Shown here: positions 57,979 through 64,000 of the stretch, piece after piece
Layout of the letters: every line of letters begins with the position of its first letter
How positions within the stretch are numbered: position 1 is the stretch's first letter
Source of the DNA: an uncultured Gammaproteobacteria bacterium
GTDB lineage: Bacteria > Pseudomonadota > Gammaproteobacteria > Steroidobacterales > Steroidobacteraceae
Direction of reading: 5' to 3'
Assembly (NCBI GenBank): GCA_963823415.1
Contig: CAWGLJ010000009.1
Span: 247,748 to 311,747, forward strand
Length of the DNA: 64,000 nucleotides
Position numbers and translations under genes: made by a program
Notes under the pieces: model-generated
What the model was told of the DNA's origin: nothing
The model's database searches: none
Seen by the model: only the letters and a program-made list of their open reading frames with translations

Positions 57979-59220
57979 ATGGTCGCGAAGTCACGCCTGC
58001 ACGTCCCCAAGACGCCCGCGCGTCCCGGCGATGCCCCGGATTTCGGCTATCTCAAGCTGTCGCCTGCCGGCAAGGTCGCCCGCCCGGACGTGGCCAGCGC
58101 GGCGACCGAGATCCGCTACCTCTCCGAGGAGCTGGTGCGCGTGCTCGACGAGGAGCACCGCGCCGTCGGCCCCTGGCATCCCCACCTCGACGCGTCCGAG
58201 CTGCAGGTGGGGCTGCGCCACATGCTGCTGACGCGCGTGTTCGACGACCGCATGCAGCGCATCCAGCGCTCCGGGAAGATTTCCTTCTACATGCGCTCCC
58301 TCGGCGAGGAGGCCGTCTCGGTCGCGATGGCGATGGCGCTCAAGCCGTCCGACATGCTGTTCCCCTCGTACCGCAACCAGGGGATCTACGTGGTGCGCGG
58401 CCGGCCGATGCTCGACCTGATGTGCCAGCTGCTCTCGAACACGCGCGACATGTGCAAGGGCCGCCAGCTCCCGGTCATGTACCACTGGCGCGACGGCAAC
58501 ATCTTCTCGATCTCCGGCAACCTCGCGACGCAGTTCCCGCAGGCGGTCGGCTGGGCGATGGCGGCCGCGATCAAGGGCCAGGACGACATCGCGGTGAGCT
58601 GGATCGGCGAGGGCTCGAGCGCCGAGGCGGACTTCCACCACGCGCTGCTGTTCGCCTCCGTCTACAAGGCGCCCGTGATCCTGTGCGTGACCAACAACCA
58701 GTGGGCGATCTCGACCTTCCAGGGCCACGCGGGCGGCGAGCGCCAGACCTTCGCGGCGCGCGGACCCGGCTACGGCGTCGCGGGCATCCGCGTGGACGGC
58801 AACGACTTCCTCGCGGTGCACGCGGTCACGCAGTGGGCCGCGGAGCGCGCCCGCACCGGCCGCGGCCCGACGCTGATCGAGCACGTGACCTACCGCGCCG
58901 CCGCGCACTCGACCAGCGACGACCCCGCGCGCTACCGGCCGAAGGACGACTACCAGGGCTTCCCGCTCGGCGATCCGGTCGAGCGGCTCAAGAACCACCT
59001 GATCGGGATCGGCGAGTGGTCGGAGGAGCGGCACAAGTCGCTCACCGCCGAACTCGAGGAGCACGTGGTGAAGTCCTGGAAGGAGGCCGTCAGCTACGGC
59101 ACGCTGACCGACCCGCCGCGGCTCGATCCCGGGCTGATGTTCGAGGACGTCTTCAAGGAGACGCCCCCGCACCTGCGCCGCCAGGCCGCCGAGATGCGCG
59201 CCGAGATCGAGGGCAAATAG
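57979..59220 (+). CDS. bkdA1: branched-chain 2-oxoacid dehydrogenase E1 alpha subunit
   Basis: Intact 413-aa ORF with FYMRSLGEEAV, YRNQG, the GEGSSAEADFHHALLFA TPP-binding region and HSTSDDP. Confidence 0.9.
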   Translation: MVAKSRLHVPKTPARPGDAPDFGYLKLSPAGKVARPDVASAATEIRYLSEELVRVLDEEHRAVGPWHPHLDASELQVGLRHMLLTRVFDDRMQRIQRSGKISFYMRSLGEEAVSVAMAMALKPSDMLFPSYRNQGIYVVRGRPMLDLMCQLLSNTRDMCKGRQLPVMYHWRDGNIFSISGNLATQFPQAVGWAMAAAIKGQDDIAVSWIGEGSSAEADFHHALLFASVYKAPVILCVTNNQWAISTFQGHAGGERQTFAARGPGYGVAGIRVDGNDFLAVHAVTQWAAERARTGRGPTLIEHVTYRAAAHSTSDDPARYRPKDDYQGFPLGDPVERLKNHLIGIGEWSEERHKSLTAELEEHVVKSWKEAVSYGTLTDPPRLDPGLMFEDVFKETPPHLRRQAAEMRAEIEGK

Positions 59221-59224
59221 CGCC

Positions 59225-60241
59225 ATGGCCCAGATGAACATGATCCAGGCGCTGAACTCGGCGATGGACATCAAGCTCGACCAGGACCCGTCGGTGGTCG
59301 TGCTCGGCGAGGACGTCGGCTACTTCGGCGGCGTGTTCCGCGTGACCGACGGGCTGCAGCGCAAGTACGGCGAGAGCCGTGTCATGGACACGCCGATCGC
59401 CGAGGGGGGCATCATCGCCGCGGCCATCGGCATGGCGGTGAACGGCCTCCGGCCGGTCGCCGAAATCCAGTTCGCGGACTACATCTACCCGGGCTTCGAC
59501 CAGATCGTCAGCGAGCTCGCGCGCATCCGCTACCGCAGCGCGGGCGATTTCACGGCCCCGGTCACCGTGCGCACGCCCTGCGGCGGCGGCATCCGCGGCG
59601 GCCAGACCCATTCGCAAAGTCCCGAGGCGCTCTTTGCGCACGTCGCGGGCCTCAAGGTCGTGATGCCCTCGAACCCGTACGACGCCAAGGGGCTGCTGAT
59701 CGCCGCGATCGAGGACGACGACCCGGTCATCTACTTCGAGCCGAAGCGCATCTACAACGGGCCATTCGACGGCAACCCGCACAAGCCGGCCGTGCCCTGG
59801 AGCACGCATCCGAAGGGCGCCGTGCCCGACGGGCACTTCACCGTGCCGATCGGCAAGGCGGAAATCACCCGCGCGGGCAGCGACCTCACCGTCGTCACCT
59901 ATGGCACCATGGTGCACGTCGCCGATGCTGCAGCACGCAGCCTCGGGCTCGACGCGGAGATCGTCGACGTGCGTACGATAGTGCCGCTCGACACGGACAC
60001 GATCTGCAACTCGGTCGCGCGCACCGGGCGCTGCGTCGTCGTGCACGAGGCGACGCGCTTCGCGGGTTTCGGGGCTGAGTTGTCGGCCACGATCCAGGAA
60101 AACTGCTTCTGGAACCTCGAGGCGCCGATCCTGCGCGTCGCGGGCTGGGATACGCCTTACCCGCACGCCTTCGAGTGGGAATACTTCCCCGGCGAGGCGC
60201 GCGTCGCCAAAGCCCTGAAGGCCGTCATGGAGGCTTCATGA
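59225..60241 (+). CDS. bkdA2: branched-chain 2-oxoacid dehydrogenase E1 beta subunit
   Basis: Intact 338-aa ORF with MNMIQALNSAM..GEDVGYFGGVFRVT, DTPIAEGGI, QFADYIYP and HSQSPEA. Confidence 0.9.
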   Translation: MAQMNMIQALNSAMDIKLDQDPSVVVLGEDVGYFGGVFRVTDGLQRKYGESRVMDTPIAEGGIIAAAIGMAVNGLRPVAEIQFADYIYPGFDQIVSELARIRYRSAGDFTAPVTVRTPCGGGIRGGQTHSQSPEALFAHVAGLKVVMPSNPYDAKGLLIAAIEDDDPVIYFEPKRIYNGPFDGNPHKPAVPWSTHPKGAVPDGHFTVPIGKAEITRAGSDLTVVTYGTMVHVADAAARSLGLDAEIVDVRTIVPLDTDTICNSVARTGRCVVVHEATRFAGFGAELSATIQENCFWNLEAPILRVAGWDTPYPHAFEWEYFPGEARVAKALKAVMEAS

Positions 60242-61478
60242 GCCGCTACGTCTTCAAGATGCCGGACCTCGGCGAAGGCACGGTCACCGCCGAAGTCGTG
60301 GAGTGGAAGGTCAAGGTCGGCGACATGGTCCAGGAAGACCAGGTCATCGCCGAGGTGATGACCGACAAGGCGGCGGTGGAGATTCCGTCGCCGGTGACCG
60401 GCCGGGTGCTGTCCCTCACGGGCCAGCCGGGCGAGATGGTCGCCGTCGGCGCCGAGCTGATCGCGTTCGATACCTCGGGCGCGGCTGCGCCGGAGCCTGC
60501 TGCTGCCGCTGCGCCCGCTGCTGCGCCGGCCGCAGCCGCCGCCGCCTGCTGCGGCCGCGAAACCGCAGGCGACCGCCCCGGCCGCCGCGCTGCCCGCCGC
60601 AACGGACGCGCGCGTCATGGCGTCGCCGGCCACGCGCCGCAAGGCGCATGTCGCCGGGGTCGACCTCGCCGCCGTGAGCGGCACGGGCCCGGGCGGGCGC
60701 ATTTCCGCCCAGGACATCGAGGCCGCGATCTCGGGCAAGGGCGGCGCCGCCCGGCCGCAGGCCGCGGCGCGGCGGCAGGGCGTCGAGGAGATCAAGATCA
60801 TCGGCGTGCGGCGCGTGATCGCCGAGCGCATGAGCGCGGCGAAGCGGAACATCCCGCATTTCGCCTACGTCGAGGAAGTGGACGTCACGGAGCTCGAGTC
60901 GCTGCGCCAGTACCTCAACGCGCGCCAGCCGAAGGGCACGCCCTCGCTGACCTACCTGCCGTTCCTGGTCGCCGCGCTGGTGCGCGTGCTCGAGAAGTTC
61001 CCGCAGTGCAACGCGACCTCACGACGCGGAACGGAACCTCATCCTGCGCCACTCGGCGGTGCACGTCGGCGTCGCGGCCCAGACGCCCGACGGGCTGAAG
61101 GTGCCGGTCGTGAAGCACGCCGAGGCGCGCTCGCTGCACGACCTGGCGGCCGAGATCCGCCGCGTGTCCGAGGCGGCGCGCAGCAACAAGGCGACCCGCG
61201 ACGAGCTCACGGGCTCCACCATCACGGTCACGAGCCTCGGCCGGCTCGGCGGCATCGCCTCGACCCCGGTCATCAACGCCCCCGAGGTCGCGATCGTGGG
61301 CGTCAACAAGGCCGTCGAGCGGCCGGTCGTCCTGGACGGGGCGATCGCGATCCGCCGCATCATGAATCTCTCGTCCTCATTCGATCACCGTTTCGTGGAC
61401 GGCTTCGACGCCGCCGCGATGATCCAGGCGCTCAAGGAAAAGCTCGAGCATCCCGCCACCATCTTCATACAGGACTGA
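60238..61478 (+). pseudogene. bkdB: branched-chain 2-oxoacid dehydrogenase E2 (lipoamide acyltransferase); two frame changes
   Basis: The lipoyl domain FKMPDLGEGTVTAEVVEWKVKVGD..EVMTDKAAVEIPS lies in ORF 60175. The E3-binding domain ASPATRRKAHVAGVDL..GTGPGGRI and the start of the core lie in ORF 60617. The catalytic end SSSFDHRFVDG lies in ORF 61059-61478. The switches fall in the Ala/Pro linker (~60540) and near 61020. Confidence 0.9.
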
Positions 61479-61483
61479 CAGCG

Positions 61484-62525
61484 ATGAATGCACAGGTCAT
61501 GCCGACGACGAACGTCACCGATACCACGGCCCGGCCGGCCTTCGGCACGGTGCTCGCGAGCCAGATGGCGGTCGCATCCTGGAAGGACGGCAAGTGGTCG
61601 CAGCACGAGTTCCGCAAGTACGGGACGCTCGAGCTGTCGCCCGCGATCCACGCGCTGCACTACGGCAGCGCCTGCTTCGAGGGCTTCAAGGCCTACCGCT
61701 GGGCGGACGGCAGCGTGAACGTGTTCCGCATGGACCGGCACATCGCGCGGCTGCAGCGCAGCGCCGACTGCCTCGATGCTGCCGAAGCCGGACGCGACGC
61801 AGGCCGCGGCCATGGTGTCGGGCGTCATCGACCGCGTGCGCGGCGAGGTGCCCGAGGCCCCGGGCGCGCTGTACCTGCGCCCGACGCTGTTCGGCACCGG
61901 CGCCTCGATCGGCGGCGCCACCTCGCCCGCGACCGAGGCGATGCTGGTCGTCCTCGCGAGCCCGGTCTGGGACTACTTCGCGAAGGGCGAGAAGCCGCTG
62001 CGCATCTTCGTCGAGGAGAAGCTGACGCGCACCTCGACGCTGATGGGCCAGGTCAAGGCAGCCGGCAACTACGCGGCGGCGCTCGGCCCGACGCTGACGG
62101 CGCGCCAGCAGTACCAGGCGGACCAGGTCCTGTTCTGCCCGGGCGGCTCCGTGCAGGAGACCGGCGCCGCGAACTTCCTGCTGATCCGCGAGGGGAAGAT
62201 CCTGACGCGCAGCCTCGACACGACCTTCCTGCACGGCGTCACGCGCGATTCGCTGCTGACGATCGCCCCGCAACTCGGCTTCGCCGTCGAAGAGCGGCAG
62301 TTCAGCGTCGACGAGATGCTGGCCTGGGTGAAGGACGGCGAGGCTGCGCTGTGCGGCACTGCGGCCGTGCTCTCGGGCGTCGGCACGCTGGTGCGCGAGG
62401 GCGGCCAGGAATTCGCCGTCGGCACCGGCGAGGTCGGCCCGCACACCCGGCGCCTGCGCAAGGCGCTCGTCTCGATGCAGCGGGGCGAGATCCCGACGCC
62501 CGCGGGCTGGATCACGCGGGTCTGA
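61484..62525 (+). pseudogene. ilvE: branched-chain amino acid aminotransferase (fold-type IV); one frame change near 61770
   Basis: HALHYGSACFEGFKAYR..VNVFRMDRHIARL lies in ORF 60617-62551. YLRPTLFGTG..., MGQVKAAGNYAA, ETGAANFLLI and LHGVTRDS lie in ORF 61776-62525. Confidence 0.85.
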
Positions 62526-62547
62526 GCGGGACCCGGACGCGCCTGCG

Positions 62548-63721
62548 ATGAAGGGCCGCACGCGCGTCAACCATCCGCCGGAAGCGCCGCTGCCGGCGGA
62601 CAACCGGGCGCTGGTCGGCGCGATCCACCAGAGCGTCAAGTTCGCCTTCGAGAGCCTCGAGGAGACGCTGCGCTTCAACCGCGGCGAGCGCGAGGGCTAT
62701 TTCTACACGCGCCGCGCGAACCCGACGACGCGCCAGCTCGAGCTGCTGCTCGCCGAGCTGCAGCAGCGCGACGACTGCGTCGCGACCGGCTCGGGCGCCG
62801 CGGCGGTCGCCACCGCGCTGATCTCGCAGCTGCGCGCCGGCGACCATATCCTGTGCTTCGCGGAGACCTACGGGCCGACGCTCGGCCTGATCCGCGGGAC
62901 GCTCGCGCGGCTCGGCGTCACGCACACGATGCTCACGATCGAGGACGACGAGGGCATCGAGCGCGAGCTGGCCGCGCGCAAGACCAGGATCGTCTACTTC
63001 GAGTCGCCGACCAACCCCGTCACCCGGATCGCCGACATCGCGCGCATCACGAAGGCGGCGCACGCGGCAGGCGCGCTGACCGTGATGGACAACACCTTCG
63101 CGGGCTTCCACAACCACGGCCAGTACGGCGTCGACATCTTCGTGCACAGCCTGACCAAGTACGCCTCGGGCCACGGCGACGTGATGGGCGGCGCCGTCAT
63201 CGCGCGCAAGGAACTGGCGCAGGCGATCCGCCGCGAGGGCGTGCTGCTCGGCCCGCTGCTGGACCCGCACGCGGCCTTCCTCGTGATGCGCGGCATGAAG
63301 ACCTATTACCTGCGCTACGAGGCGCAGGCGGCATCGGCCCACAAGATCGCGCAGTTCCTCGCGGAGCACCCGGCGGTCTCGCGCGTGCACTACCCGGGAC
63401 TGCCGGACCACCCGCGCCACGCGCTCGCGCGCGCGCAGATGCGGGAGTTCGGCTCCATCGTCAGCTTCGACCTGGCGCGCGGCGCGGAGGCCGTGCGGCC
63501 GTTCGTGGACTCGCTCGAGTTCTTCGCGATCACGCCGAGCCTCGGCTCGGTCGAGTCGCTGGTGATGCCGCCGCAGCTGCTGAAGGTGCGCGGGCTCGGC
63601 CCGGAGCTGCAGGCGAAGGCGGGCATCGGAGAGGGGACGATCCGGCTCTCGATCGGCATCGAGGACACCGGAGGACCTGATCGAGGACCTCGAGGCGGCG
63701 CTGGATCGGGTCACGGAGTAG
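62548..63721 (+). pseudogene. Cys/Met-metabolism PLP-dependent enzyme (cystathionine gamma-synthase / methionine gamma-lyase family); one frame change near 63668
   Basis: YTRRANPTTRQLE, FESPTNP, VMDNTFA, HSLTKYASGHGDVMGG (PLP Lys), IRLSIGIED. The last ~15 residues DLIEDLEAALDRVTE* are in another frame. Confidence 0.85.
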
Positions 63722-63739
63722 GGGCCAGCGGCGGGCCGC

Positions 63740-64000
63740 TTACTCGACGACGACCGCCGTGCCGCTGGCTGACACCATCAGCATGCTGTTGCCCTGCCCG
63801 AGCACCTCATAATCCAGGTCGACGCCAACGACAGCGTTTGCCCCCAACGATCTTGCGCGCTCCTGAAGTTCCGTGAGCGCGATGTCCCGGGCTCGCTGCA
63901 ATTCCTTTTCATAGGTGGCCGAGCGGCCACCGACGATGTCTCGGACGCTCGCGAAGAGATCCTTGAAAACGTTGGCGCCAAGAATTGCCTCTCCAGCGGT
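63740..64000 (-). CDS. ybjQ: YbjQ/UPF0145 family protein, 3' part (the 5' end lies beyond the right edge)
   Basis: Reverse translation gives [86 protein letters not shown]. This frame is not listed in the ORF track because it has no start inside the window. Confidence 0.8.
   Translation of the reverse strand, partial: TAGEAILGANVFKDLFASVRDIVGGRSATYEKELQRARDIALTELQERARSLGANAVVGVDLDYEVLGQGNSMLMVSASGTAVVVE

Noticed and set aside
1-64000. CRISPR arrays, rRNA/tRNA genes, transposases or IS elements, prophage genes and recognisable defence-system genes
   Set aside because: I scanned the non-coding spacers and the ORF translations and found no direct-repeat/spacer array, no tRNA-like cloverleaf candidates and no transposase, integrase or phage hallmark proteins. 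The only nuclease-type gene is the chromosomal DnaQ/GIY-YIG (Cho-like) gene.

Overview
This is a densely coding, very G+C-rich proteobacterial chromosomal segment (G+C judged by eye, not computed). I see no rRNA, tRNA or CRISPR array.

Gene content, left to right:
- The 5' end of a TonB-dependent receptor.
- A polyamine/beta-alanine module: class-III aminotransferase, PuuR-like XRE-cupin regulator, aldehyde dehydrogenase and N-carbamoylputrescine amidase.
- A DnaQ-exonuclease/GIY-YIG (Cho-like) gene and rlmL.
- A tightly coupled minus-strand operon, mttB-like methyltransferase-fdhD-fdsG-fdsB-fdsA-fdsD. It faces a Rieske oxygenase, a BetI-like TetR regulator and formate-tetrahydrofolate ligase. 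Together these look like a one-carbon / methylated-amine oxidation module.
- A ~2.4 kb insert at 19.4-21.9 kb with visibly lower G+C. It holds two well-formed integron attC sites and small cassette ORFs but no integrase, plus a DUF302-YbjQ-membrane protein trio.
- aqpZ, DUF924 and an EamA transporter.
- A secreted amidohydrolase / M24 peptidase / CapA-like group.
- A patch of small DUF genes with a MerR regulator, a DinB-like domain and beta-lactamase-fold and SGNH hydrolases.
- A Tat-signal flavoprotein and dsbA.
- argR-argG-argF'-argH with tandem ARG boxes.
- A Pseudomonas spuI/spuABCDEFGH-like polyamine locus with three tandem PotF-type binding proteins.
- A PQQ sugar dehydrogenase and cfa.
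- bkdR/bkdA1A2B followed by ilvE and a Cys/Met-family PLP enzyme.

Roughly half of the homology-recognisable genes need one or more frame changes to be read through, and the breaks are clustered. The most likely cause is consensus indel error, but the sequence alone cannot prove this. Those genes are typed pseudogene here only in the sense that the frame is broken in this sequence.

Most noteworthy:
- The integrase-less attC cassette array.
- The MttB-family gene translationally coupled to the NAD-formate dehydrogenase operon.
- A shared A/T-rich GTTYAAAAT box at both polyamine loci.
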